Below, piece by piece: positions 52,921-64,000 of a DNA stretch of 64,000 nt (position 1 is its first letter; each line of letters begins with the position of its first letter). The stretch covers positions 2,111,892 to 2,175,891 of the forward strand of contig MU054049.1 of assembly GCA_013239625.1 (NCBI GenBank), written 5' to 3'. The position numbers were made by a program, and so were the translations under genes. The notes beneath the pieces were generated by a model. That model was not told the DNA's origin, did no database searches, and saw only the letters and a program-made list of their open reading frames with translations. This DNA is from Lama guanicoe (lineage: Eukaryota).

Positions 52921-54385
52921 ATTTTTTAATTCTGGTAAAATCCACATAACGTAAAATTGATTAGTTTAACCATTTTAAGTGTACAATTCAGTAGCATTAA
53001 GTTCATTCACATCTTTTGCCAGCCAACACCACCAATCCATCTCCGGAACTCTTTTCATCTTGAAAAACTGAAACTCTACCCATTAAACACTAATCCTCAT
53101 TCCCCTCCCCACCCCCCCAGGCCTTGGTAAGCACCATTCTACTTTCTGTGTCTGTAATTTTAACTACTCTTAAGTACCTCATATAAGTGAAATCATTCAG
53201 TATTTGTCTTTTGGTGCCTGGCTTACTTTACTTAGCATAGTTTCCTCAAGTTCCATCTATGCTGTAGCGTGGATCAAAATTCCCATACTTCAATATTCCA
53301 TTGTATAGATACACAACGTTTTGCTTACCTATGCATCTGTAGATGGAGACTTGCTTCCACATTTTGGCTATGGTAAATAAGGCTACTATGAACATGAGTG
53401 TACATGTTCTCTTTGAGATTATCTCAAATTATCTCTTTGAGATTTTGATTTCAGTTCTTTTGAGTGCATACCCAGGTGGAATTCCTAGATCATATAGTAG
53501 TTCTATTTTTAATTTTTGGGGGAGCTGCCATCCTATTTTCCATAGTAGCTGTACCATTTTAGCATTCCTACCAGCAGTGTACAGGGTTTCTAGTTTCTCT
53601 ACATTCTCACCAAAATTGTTATTTTCTGTTTTTGGTTTTTTTTTTTTTTTTTGGTAGTGGCCATCCTAACGGGTTTGAGGTAGTATCTTACTATGCTTTT
53701 GATTTGCATTTTCCTGATGATTAGTGATGTTGAGCATCTCTTAATGTGCTTAACCATTTGCATATCTTCTTTGGAGGAATGTCTGTTCAAATCCTTTTTC
53801 CGGTTTTGAATTGAATTGTTTGCTTTTTGTTGTTGAGTTTTAGGTGTTCTCTGTATATTCTGGATGTTAATTCCTTACTAGATATATGATTTGCAACTAT
53901 TTTCTCCCATTCTGTAGGTTGCTTTTTTACTCTGTTGATAATGTCTCGATGCACTGTAGTTTTTAATTTTCATGAAGTTCAATTTGTCTGTTTTTTCTTT
54001 TGTTTTCTTTTGTTGCCTTTGCCTTTGGTGTTGTGTTCAATAAATTGTTGCCAAATCCAGTGTCATGAAGCTTTTCCCCTATATTTTCTTCTAGGAGTTT
54101 TATAGTTTCAGGTTTTACAATTAGGTCTTCGACACATTTTGAACTAATTTTTATCTATGGTGTACTGTGAAGGTCCAACTTCATTCTTTTCTGTGTGGAT
54201 TTCCACATTTCCTGGCACCATTTGTTAAAAAAGACTGTTCTTTCCCTATTGAATGGTCTTGGCACCCTTGTGAAAAATCATTTAATTATATATGTGAAGG
54301 TTTAGTTCTGGGTTCTTAATTGTGTTGCATTGATCTATATGTCTGTCTTTATGCCAGTACCACACTGTTTTTTTTATTACTGTAA
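52921..54385 (-). mobile_element. Old LINE-1 3' end (L1MB-like)
   Basis: aaccattttaagtgtacaattcagtagcattaag...; ORF2 C-terminal remnant ORF 53599..53790. Confidence 0.8.
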
Positions 54386-56751
54386 TGTATCTACTTTTAA
54401 TGTTATAATTATTTTTCTTTGACACGTATTCAGGTCTGTCCTGTCCTAACGGACATCTTAGTCTCTTGGAAGTTTGTGTTGTTCTTATCTCTATTCTCTT
54501 AACTCTGATTCCGGCTACGGTGTTTTCTTCTTTTCTTACTGCTTCTCTGAAATTGCTGTTGCTGAGGTCACTAACGATCTCCGTAATTTCAGATCCAGTG
54601 GATGCTTCTGTATCCTTATCTGACTTGATTGTTGTGGCCTTCCTTCCTGAAATAGTTTTTCTTTTCCCCTTTCCTTTCTCTTTTTTCTTTATTTCTTTTT
54701 TTTTATTCTAAGCTATTACCTTGTTGTAGATTTTGGGTTTTATTTGTTTCTGGTTTTCTTTTTTTCTTTTTTTTACCTTCAGTTTTCAGTTTTCTTTTTT
54801 ACTTGTTTTGCCAGCCCTCTGCTTATCCCCAGGTATATACTCTTTTGATTGGTTTCCCTTAGGTCAGGTCATCAGCTGCTACCTGCAGTGATGATTCCCC
54901 AAACTAGAGCTGTGTAACTTGCTGCCATTTCCTTTCGGTAATAACTGTATCATGCTGAATTACCTAGAAGGGTCTGTGAAAGTTTTGGCATAAGTTTTAA
55001 GTCATAAATTGACTTAATCAGGTTTCTTCCTTGGTCCTCTTTGCTTCTCACTATAGGCTCTCCTTTGGAAATCTTCTCCATCTTCATAGTTTTAGTCATC
55101 ATTTTTAGGCAGATGATTAACAACTTGCATCTTGAACATTGCTTTATTACTTTGTTGGCTGCCTTTTCTGCTGAGTGAATTTTTAAAGAATATTGTGTTA
55201 GATTAAATATTAGACATGCCAAACAAGTGAATTAATTCAGATATCTTTAATCTGGTTCTGAAAAGCAACTCTTCACATCAGCATTATTTTATTGACTTTT
55301 TCTTTAGTTATATGTTCATTGCACATTTGAGAGAAGGCTTCAGAGAGGAGTTGAAGATTGATAGTATCTTCTTACAGGATAAGTAGAATTTTTCTATGTT
55401 GACAAAGTGAGTAGAGCATTTTAGAAGAGATTTCACATGTAAATGGGTCTGGAGCATCATTTCGGATGGATGTGATGCAGCAAATGACAGAAAATGACTC
55501 TGGGGAATTAGAAAGATATCATATTGGACATATGAGACCTTGAATGCCAGTCCATGGAGTTTGAATTTTTCCTGTTGGTAGTAGGAAACCTGTATATTAG
55601 TTTCGGTACCTAGCCTGCACTATATGACTGATAATTTCTTTTCTCTAGTGAGTAGAAGGATATATGGAAACCATTCTCACAGGAGAAGATTGCAGTTATG
55701 TTTATGTGCCACGTCATTCTTGTCACTACTATGTTCTCTGTCTCTACACATTCATGAGTTCTTAAATTAAAAAAAAAGTTTGGGAAACATTGAATTAAGC
55801 ACTCCCAAGAAACTTCAAAAATGAAAATATGACTACACTGAACTAAATTTTCATCAACAGATTTTTCCTCTGTTGTTTAAGGGAGAATATTTTAGGCCTG
55901 AATTCAAAGATAATTGCTATTAGACGAGCTTCAGAGGATATTTGGTAGTACATGCCTTTCCTCCATGTCCTGTGCAAGTGCTTCTCTTGTTTTTATTGTG
56001 TAAGAAGAGGAAAGTATCCCATCATCTCTGTGAAATGTTCTTAATAACTTAAAGTACACTTGAAGAAGAAAGTGCTCATTAACTTGAGTTGGTGCCTAGC
56101 CACCATTAGGAATCATTCAGTTAGTGTCCAGGTTTTGGCAAAAATTTTTTTTTCTGTTTTGGTCAAGATCTGGGAATGTATTTTAGACTGGTAATAAAGC
56201 ATACTTAAGTTTGCTAGGCTTGTTACCCAGCACCCAGCCTGGGTTGTGGCAAAAAGAATAGTGCCAATTAATTGTAATTCCAACTTTTGGAGCCCTTGAA
56301 GGATTTTTGGAAACTTTTAGCTGCCGGATAAACATTAAGCCCAGGCCTCTCAAACCTTTCTCAGTAGTGGAGATTAGGTACCAGTACTGTTGACACTCTG
56401 CCATTTTCCTTCTCACTCCTTTCCCTTTCTGTGGTGTAATCAGGACTGAAAGACCAGTTTCATGATATTCAGGTGCTCATTCTTGGTATGAAGGAACAGG
56501 GTGATTGTAATGCATATTATGTTGTTTCTCAGAAGCCTCATAAATACGATTTTGAACCAGACATTTTTCTTGACTCTCTGTCAAATCTGGTGTACTTTAT
56601 ATATACTGATTTCCCTTAGAAATAATCAGAAAAGGGTTGATATATACAAAACTGTAAGTCCTAGAAATAAAAGTCTCAATCAGTAGAAACCCACCATGTC
56701 TTAAAAAATTTAACAGTTCTAGTGCATCTTCACTTGCAGACTCTGTAAATA

Positions 56752-58170
56752 ATTTTATTTTTTTAACATTTTTTATTGATTTATGATCATTTTACAATGT
56801 TGTGTCAAATTCCAGTGTAGAATACAATTTTTCAATTTTACATGAACATATATATATTCATTGTCACATTCCTTTCTCTGTGAGCTACCATAAGATCTTG
56901 TATATATTTCCCTGTGCTATACAGTATAATCTTGTTTATCTATTCTACAATTTTGAAATCCCAGTCTATCTCTTCCCACTCCCCATCCCCTTGGCAACCA
57001 CAAGTCTGTATTCTATGTCTATGAGTCTATTTCTGTTCTGTATTTATACTTTGTTTGTTTTTTAGATTCCACATATGAGTGATCTCATATGGTATTTTTC
57101 TTTCTCTTTCTGGCTTACTTCACTTGGAATGACATTCTCCAGGAGCATCCATGTTGCTACAAATGGCGTTATGTTGTCGGTTTTTATGGCTAAGTAGTAT
57201 TCCATTGTATAAATATACCACATCTTCTTTATCCAGTCACCTGTTGATGGACATTTAGGCTGTTTCCATGTCTTGGCTATTGTAAATAGTGCTGCTATGA
57301 ACATTGGGGTGCAGGTGTCATCCTGAAGTAGGTTTCCTTCTGGATATATGCCCAGGAGTGGGATTGCTGGATCATATGGTAAGTCTATTCCTAGTCTTTT
57401 GAGGAATCTCCATACTGTTTTCCACAGTGGCTGCGCCAAACTGCATTCCCACCAGCAGTGTAGGAGGGCTCCCCTTTCTCCACAGCCTCTCCAGCATTTG
57501 TCATTTGTGGATTTTTGAATGACGGCCATTCTGACTGGTGTGAGGTGATACCTCATTGTAGTTTTGATTTGCATTTCTCTGATAATTAGTGATATTGAGC
57601 ATTTTTTCATGTGCCTATTGATCATTTGTATGTCTTCCTTGGAGAATTGCTTGTTTAGGGGTCTTCTGCCCATTTTTGGATTGGGTTGTTTATTTTCTTC
57701 TTATTGAGTTGTATGAGCTGCTTATATATTCTGGATATCAAGCCTTTGTCGGTTTCATTTGCAAAAATTTTTTCTCATTCCGCAGGTTGTCTTTTTGCTT
57801 TACTTATGGTTTCCTTTGCTGTTCAGAAGCTTGTAAGTTTCATTAGGTCCCATTAGTTTATTCTTGCTTTTATTTCTTCTAGGAGAAAATTTTTGAGATG
57901 TATATCAGATAATGTTTTGCCTATATTTTCCTCTAGGAGGTTTATTGTATCTTGTCTTATGTTTAAGTCTTTAATCCATTTTGAGTTGATTTTTGTGTAT
58001 GGTGTAAGGGAGTGTTGTAGCTTCATTGTTTTACATGCTGCTGTCCAGTTTTCCCAACACCATTTGCTGAAGAGACTGTCTTTATTCCATTGTATATTCT
58101 TGCCTCCTTTGTTGAAGATGAGTTGACCAAAAGTTTGTGGGTTCATTTCTGGGCTCTCTATTCTGTTCCA
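56752..58170 (-). mobile_element. Young 5'-truncated LINE-1 (1.4 kb)
   Basis: Perfect 18-bp TSD ttgcagactctgtaaata (56734-56751, 58171-58188); ORF2 C-terminal ORFs 57062 and 57853. Confidence 0.95.
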
Positions 58171-58330
58171 TTGCAGACTCTGTAAATAGTTTTAGGTATA
58201 AAAAGCACAAATTAATTTTTTCTGGCATAGAGATTTGCTGTGACAGAAATGTGTTTTATGTCTTGCTTAATAGTATTTAACATTTAGAATTTTATGTCTG
58301 TATTAATCAAGGTGTCCTTTCTCTAAACAG

Positions 58331-58448
58331 GAGAATGTACTCATCACCTCCCACCTGTGAAAGCCCCTATTCAAACAAAGAAGAAAACAACAAAGCATTG
58401 TTTTCTTTGTGGAAAGAAAACTGGACTGGCTACTAGCTACGAATGCAG
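58331..58448 (+). CDS. ZFAND4: ZFAND4 exon 9: ECTHHLPPVKAPIQTKKKTTKHCFLCGKKTGLATSYEC(R), first half of AN1 zinc finger
   Basis: ctaaacag| acceptor; in-frame join to last exon requires GC donor AG|gcaggt at 58449. Confidence 0.9.
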
Positions 58449-59591
58449 GCAGGTTGGCTAGCTGGAAAAGCTGAGATGCTTTCTTTGTGGTGACCCAGCT
58501 TGGGGATACAATATCAAATGTTCTTTAAATCGCCTGTTCATAAGGTCATTAAGATGATGGTCTAATAGCAGCCCTCAGCTGGACTCCTAATTGGCTGAAG
58601 TGAAGAGCAAATAGATAGCTTATGTGTATTCAAACTCATGACATCCCCCGCTGCCCTTTAAAGTAGAAGATAAAAATCAATGAAAGAGTGGACTTTCTTT
58701 GTCTTATAATAGATATACTCGGTTTTTCTTTGAATGTAGCTTGGAAGAACGCTCCTCCAAGATTCTGTTTTAGCTTGAACAGAAAAGAACTCAATTTAAA
58801 GTTAATGTACTATAAATTATGATTGCTTGGTACACTTTTTTATTTCAGAACAAATGAATAATGCGTTTACAAAAATAATGAATGTGTTCTACCTAGAAAT
58901 ACTTCTTTCATTATCATTGATTAATATACTCCAAGGATGGTATCTGCCCCTAGGTAGAGGCCAGGCATTAAACAAAGCTGCTGCTTTTTAGAGTGTATTC
59001 TGTTCAAATGGAAACAGCTTATCTTGTTGCTAGAAATAATTTAAAATCCTTTCATGGCATAGTTAGGTTTTACGTAATTTCTTTTTGATGGTGTCTTTAT
59101 TTCTTTTTAATTTTAAATTTTTTTTATTGCAGTGTAGTCAGTTACAATGTGTCAATTTCTGGTGTACAGCATAATGTCCCAATCATATATATATGAATGC
59201 ACACATACATTCTTTTCATATTTTTTCATAATTTTCTTATGAGACTGAATTTCTCAGAAATTCAGAGTTCTCCGAGGTTTACTAGATATAAGAGAAGTGG
59301 TAGACACATATTTATCAGCTTTTCCATTTTGACTAGTTCATAAAGGTCTACACTCTTTTTCATTTCATAATAAATTCTTTAGTATAAACTCTTACAGTCA
59401 TGGACAGTTAACTTGTTCTTTTTCAGGGTGCTTGTGTTTGTTTATGAGCAGAAGGGAAATACCAGCCCTGAAATTGCTAGTGAGAACCAAAGGGCTCCTG
59501 TTGGACTACCTGCAGTCAAGCTTTGATATCCCAAAGAGATGAGGCTCGTGTAGAAATGTGATTATTCACATAAACTTTTTTTGTGCTTTAG

Positions 59592-59727
59592 ATGTGGAAA
59601 CAACTTCTGTGCATCTCACCGCTATGCAGAAGCTCACAGCTGTACCTATGATTACAAGAGTGCAGGGAGGAGATACTTACAGGAGGCAAACCCTGTGGTT
59701 AACGCACCAAAACTTCCAAAAATCTAA
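59592..59727 (+). CDS. ZFAND4: ZFAND4 last exon: CGNNFCASHRYAEAHSCTYDYKSAGRRYLQEANPVVNAPKLPKI*
   Basis: ctttag| acceptor; completes AN1 pattern C-x2-C-x11-C-x-C-x4-C-x2-H-x5-H-x-C; TAA 59725-59727. Confidence 0.95.
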
Positions 59728-60439
59728 TTCTTGCTCTGCGCCTATCTTTTCTGCCCGAGGAATCGTATTATAATGACAGAAGAAATACTGTTGAGACTGC
59801 ATTATTTTTGTTCGACTCCAAAAGATTTGCCAAATAACAAAAGCATATAGTGCATACTGCTGGAGAATGAGAATGCTACTGTATTTGACATCTTTATTCT
59901 TTGGTGAATCAAAAGTTTTAAAGGTAGTTTTAAAAACTTTATGATGATTTAGCTGTGTTATTGCATGTCTTGTGTTAAGTATTTTATATTTGATATTGCA
60001 GTTTTACTATCGAAGTCTTCCAAAGATGCACTTTAAGAAGTTAACATTGACTATGTAACCAGCTTCCACATTGAATGAGCTGTCATGTAATGGCTCTACT
60101 CAGATCTAAAATTTTTTTGTGGGAGTGGGGTGGGAGGGGATTTAAAAAAAAGTCCCATACATGAAAGTTTATTGAGTTTACTGGCAAGTTCCTTTTTATT
60201 TCAAGCTTTTTATAGAAAAGAACATTTGGTTTTCCAGTGTGGTTTTAACATATATTTCTTCCATGTTCAGATTTTCACTCAGATATGTGTCCATTCTATA
60301 AAACACATCATGTTACTCATACTATATATTTCTTAAAATACTATTATTTGAATGGTAGTTTTAAAATAGAAGATTTCTCACTTGTTGCCATTAAATACAG
60401 AACTCTACTTTTCAGTTTTTGAAAAATGGCTATATTTAA

Positions 60440-60445
60440 AATAAA
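60440..60445 (+). terminator. Poly(A) signal AATAAA, likely ZFAND4 3' end (alternatives ATTAAA 60390, AATAAA 60504, 60579)
   Basis: AATAAA followed ~15-35 nt later by GT/T-rich ttggtttgtttttcttatgtgttg. Confidence 0.6.
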
Positions 60446-62384
60446 ATCTCACAGCTTGGTTTGTTTTTCTTATGTGTTGAGTGCTATTACCAGGAGATAT
60501 TCAAATAAATATTCAACTTCTTTATGATCTTGATTATTTACAATAATTTTTCTTTAAAAAAATCAAACCATTTAATTAAATAAATCAGTAATTTACTCTA
60601 TTTGGAAAAAGTGATTGTCAGTATAAAAGTGTTCTTTTACAGCATAAGGGCTCTGCTCCCCAGATGTAGCTAATATATCATTCAAACATTTGGGAGGCCA
60701 CTTGCTTTATGGCAGTTTAGTTGAATCTGATGCTGAACCCTGGTACATAGTTGTCAGGCAACCCAAGTCCAACCCTGGTGGGATCTGCATGGGTACCAGA
60801 AGGCTAACTTAGGTTCTCCTCAGGGCTCTTCCTTCATGCAAGGCTGAATGAACTGAAGAGTTCTCTTACCCTTCCTCTACTTCCTATAGGAGGTTAAATA
60901 TTGAGTGGAGGAAGATGCCTTCATCTCTGAAGGCATGCTTCTTCAGAGCAAGAAGAAAATACATTTACAAGAGAGAAAGGTGAGAAATTAGTGGAGTAGT
61001 GATGCAACTTTTTAAGGAGGGGCTATACAGGCCAAAGAAAAATATTTCCATCTGTGCTGAGTGGTTCAATCTTTCCTCCCTTTTATCAAGACAAACTTTG
61101 CTTTAGACATTTAAAGTATAAGAACTCTATTACATGGGTAGATTGCTGAAAAAATAGGCCAAAACATATTTATTCTATAAATATGGATGCTTAGAACATG
61201 ATTGATATATGCTTAGTTCACTGTGCTTTTTAAACAAAGACCATGTAGAAATAAGTCTTGCTTTAAGGTTAGCAAAGCTTTTGGTCAAAGTTGAATTTTT
61301 TTACTAATTTCTAAGTCACTGAGAAACCAGTTTAATTCAAGAAAGTATATCATTATTGAGAAGCATTTCTTTATGCCTTAAATTCTTATAGAGAAGTGAC
61401 CATAATTTTTAGAAATCTCAGATCTGTCTTTGCATTGCTAGTAATTGGCAGAATGCCTTGCATATAGCGACAGTTTAAACATTGTTTATTAGTTAAATAA
61501 ATGAATTGTACAGACAGCTTAATCATGATTAAAAACAAAGCCATTTAGATTGGTTTACATAACTCAACTAATTTTAAAAGATAAAATCCAGTTTCTGGAT
61601 CTTTTTAAAAACAGTAAGCATTTGGTTTTAGCAACATTAAAGGTCTGAAAAATTTTAACTTCTAGCTATATGAAACATTCTCGAGTGAATATTAATCATT
61701 CTAATATGGGAATTTTAAATACTCAGGTGTTTTAAAATTGTATCAGTATTGTAACTTGTGGAGGTATCTAATTATAAAAAAGAAGACAAATTATTTTTCT
61801 GATGTATGTTTAATATGGTTTTAAGCCATCATGATAGATAATTCAGTCTTATTATCTAGTAGTGTTTCCCAAATAATGACCCCTATACCACTCCTGGAAC
61901 ATGAGATTTTAAATGGTACATGGATGAACATTTTTTAATAATTATGTATTTTTAATATGTAACAGAAAAAATACAACTCTTAAGTCTATTAAGCTGAAAA
62001 TAAATTGATATAGGTTTAAAAAGTTGATTGAAAATTGACAAGGGTACATATAACAGAAATCATAAAAGTAGATGTGAATGACTGAAATTTAGGAAAGAAG
62101 GCAGGATCTCATTTTTCTTTGAAAATATGTTAAACTTTTTAAGTGATTGATGAAAGTAAATTACATAGTTTTAGAAGAACTATATAAGGATAAAAAATGA
62201 AAGTACTGCTTTCACCATAGGCCCTCCCCCAATCTCTTTTAATTTCTATTTTCATTTTTCCGGCAGTTACCATCATAACACTAGCCAATGTAAATAAACA
62301 TTATTTTTTGATACCCCCTTATTACAGCTGAGGAACTTAGCATGATAACACATCACCTCCATACTTTACTTCCCAATTTTTTAG

Positions 62385-62740
62385 TGCATTAGTCTGCACA
62401 TGCTGCCGTAACACAAAATACCAGACTGAGTGGCTCAAACAACAGAAATTAATTTTCTCACAGTTCTGGAGGCTAGAAGTCCCAGATCAAGGTCCAACAG
62501 GATGTGTTTCTGGTGAGATCTCTCTCTGGCTTTCAGAGAGCTGCTTTTTCACTGTGTCCTCTTGTGGCCTTTCCTCAGTGTGCATACACGGAACTCTGCT
62601 GTTTCTTCTCATAAGGACACTGATACCATGGGATCAGGGTCTCTCTTTTATGACCTCACTTAATCTTAATTACTTCCTTACTTCAAATACAGCCCCACTG
62701 GGGGTTAGGGTTAGAAGTAGATAAATACATTCAGCCCATA
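62385..62740 (-). mobile_element. MLT1A/B-like solo LTR
   Basis: gactgagtggctcaaacaacagaaattaattttctcacagttctggaggctagaagtccc...ttatgacctcacttaatcttaattac. Confidence 0.8.
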
Positions 62741-62789
62741 ATGGTCCGTTGTTTTTAGTTATAGTAGTTATTTCAAATTCACTAACTCC

Positions 62790-63410
62790 TCCGCAGTTAC
62801 CTAGTCTGTGTTACCAGAACTTTCACCTGAGCTATTGCAACAGCTTCCTAACTGGGCTCCTCGGATTAGTTCTATGCCCTTCATAAGCCATTTTCTACAC
62901 TTCAGCTGTAGTGAGCTTGCAGAGCCAAAAAACTGAGCACATCAGTCAACGCTTGAAATATATCAGTGATTTCTTGTGTTCTTTGAACAAAGGCCTAAAT
63001 CCGTCACTCTTCTTCCTAGTAAGGCCCCTGTGGTCTGGCCCCCGTCTACTTCCCAAGTCTCATAGTGTACTGCTGAGCCATGTTTTCTGGGGTTTGCCCA
63101 CACTTACTTACTTTTAGTTTTGCCAGCCTGTTTTCCCTTGTTAACACTCACTCTTTTTTCAGATGCCAGCTCCATCATTACTTCTTGAAGGAAGCCTTCC
63201 CAGATGTTTCCCTGTCTAAGTTAGCATCCTTCCTCTTACACTTTCGCTTGATGGAATCTACCATAGTATTGTTCTGACATTTGTGTGAGACTTTGAGTTG
63301 TACAAGATGGCAAGTCTATGACAGCAGGAATTGCCCTTCTGTCCATCTGTCCTTCCTTGTTCCCAAGCATTGCATGTAAACCCTCATTAAACTGACTGTT
63401 GACTGAATGA
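62790..63410 (+). mobile_element. LINE-2 remnant
   Basis: tattgcaacagcttcctaactgggctcc...gaagccttcccaga...gttgactgaatga 3' end. Confidence 0.55.
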
Positions 63411-64000
63411 AAAACCTTTAAGAATTACTCTTTTTAGGGCTCTGTCAATTTAAACTGCTTTTATAGCCTTTTCTGCCTTGTTTTTAGGTTGATTTAAAAA
63501 TTGAAGGCAATAAGTAAGTTAAAATACTACATTTATAGAAATATTATTCATTGAAGATCCAAATAGTATGATAGTATATTTTCTTTTCCATAATCCAATG
63601 GCACTAAATACAGATAAAATGGATTTTCCCCATAATTCTTTTCTTTTGCTCAAAATTATGCTGCATTTTATTTTTATTCCTTTTCTGTACAGCTCATGGA
63701 GTTTTTGTTTTGTTTTCTTTCCAGTTGCTTTTCTTTTTTAATGTAATAAAGAAAATGCACTTGCTTTTATCATCAGATTAATGTTCAGGTTCTTAGAATG
63801 TTCAGGTTCTTAATTATATAGTTTGTTGGGAATTATTCTTCTTGAAGACATTCTTCACATAATCATTTGCCTTCTGTTCTAATTTAGTCTGTTTTAACTA
63901 CCTTTTAATTTATTTTGAAATACTTTAAAATTTACAGAAAAGTTACAAGCACAGGAAGAGAAATGCCCATAGACCTTTCACTCAGATTCCTTTGCTATTG

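Larger units (their letters stand above)
3696..60465 (+). other. ZFAND4: ZFAND4 gene body (first coding exon to putative poly(A) site); exon 1/promoter not seen in window
   Basis: Nine exons with consistent phases give a 716-aa ORF: UBL domain + long low-structure linker + AN1 zinc finger ending ...ANPVVNAPKLPKI*, recognised as ZFAND4/ANUBL1. Confidence 0.95.

Noticed and set aside
16532..58170. Near-identical ~1-kb blocks at 16.5, 19.5 and 56.8 kb as a segmental duplication
   Set aside because: Independent insertions of one L1 subfamily with different TSDs and truncation points
59558..59773. 71-aa ORF over the last exon
   Set aside because: Starts in the intron and is out of frame with the AN1 finger
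61860..62095. Possible old hAT MITE (agtgtttcccaaa...)
   Set aside because: Termini too degenerate to support a call without a library search
63780..63812. 16-bp tandem duplication aatgttcaggttctta (similar small duplications at 38840-38868 and ~44960-44998)
   Set aside because: Two-copy slippage events with no spacer structure; not CRISPR-like

Overview
Mammalian (eutherian) genomic DNA, AT-rich and repeat-dense. The window holds the complete coding region of one + strand gene, ZFAND4 (ANUBL1; N-terminal ubiquitin-like domain, C-terminal AN1 zinc finger). Nine coding exons (3813-3996, 26861-26936, 27887-27954, 31236-31422, 39112-39259, 50394-51572, 52102-52156, 58331-58448, 59592-59727) splice in frame to 2151 nt = 716 aa + stop; the first (non-coding) exon and promoter appear to lie upstream of the window. 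The introns are filled with LINE-1 copies of several ages (mostly antisense to the gene), MLT1/ERVL LTRs, MIR/L2, Tigger- and hAT-type DNA transposons and one tRNA-Ala-derived SINE whose form suggests a camelid genome (inference). I see no prokaryote-type novel system. The most unusual signals are: a 33-codon uORF whose stop overlaps the main start codon (TAATG); a GC-AG last intron with a competing GT donor 4 nt away; a TSD-flanked tailless tRNA-Ile 5'-half retrocopy reading GAT at the anticodon; an exon donor that differs from the human protein as I recall it; and a young L1 with a nearly intact ORF2. Exon numbers assume one upstream non-coding exon. Repeat subfamily names are from memory and their boundaries are approximate unless TSDs/TIRs are given.
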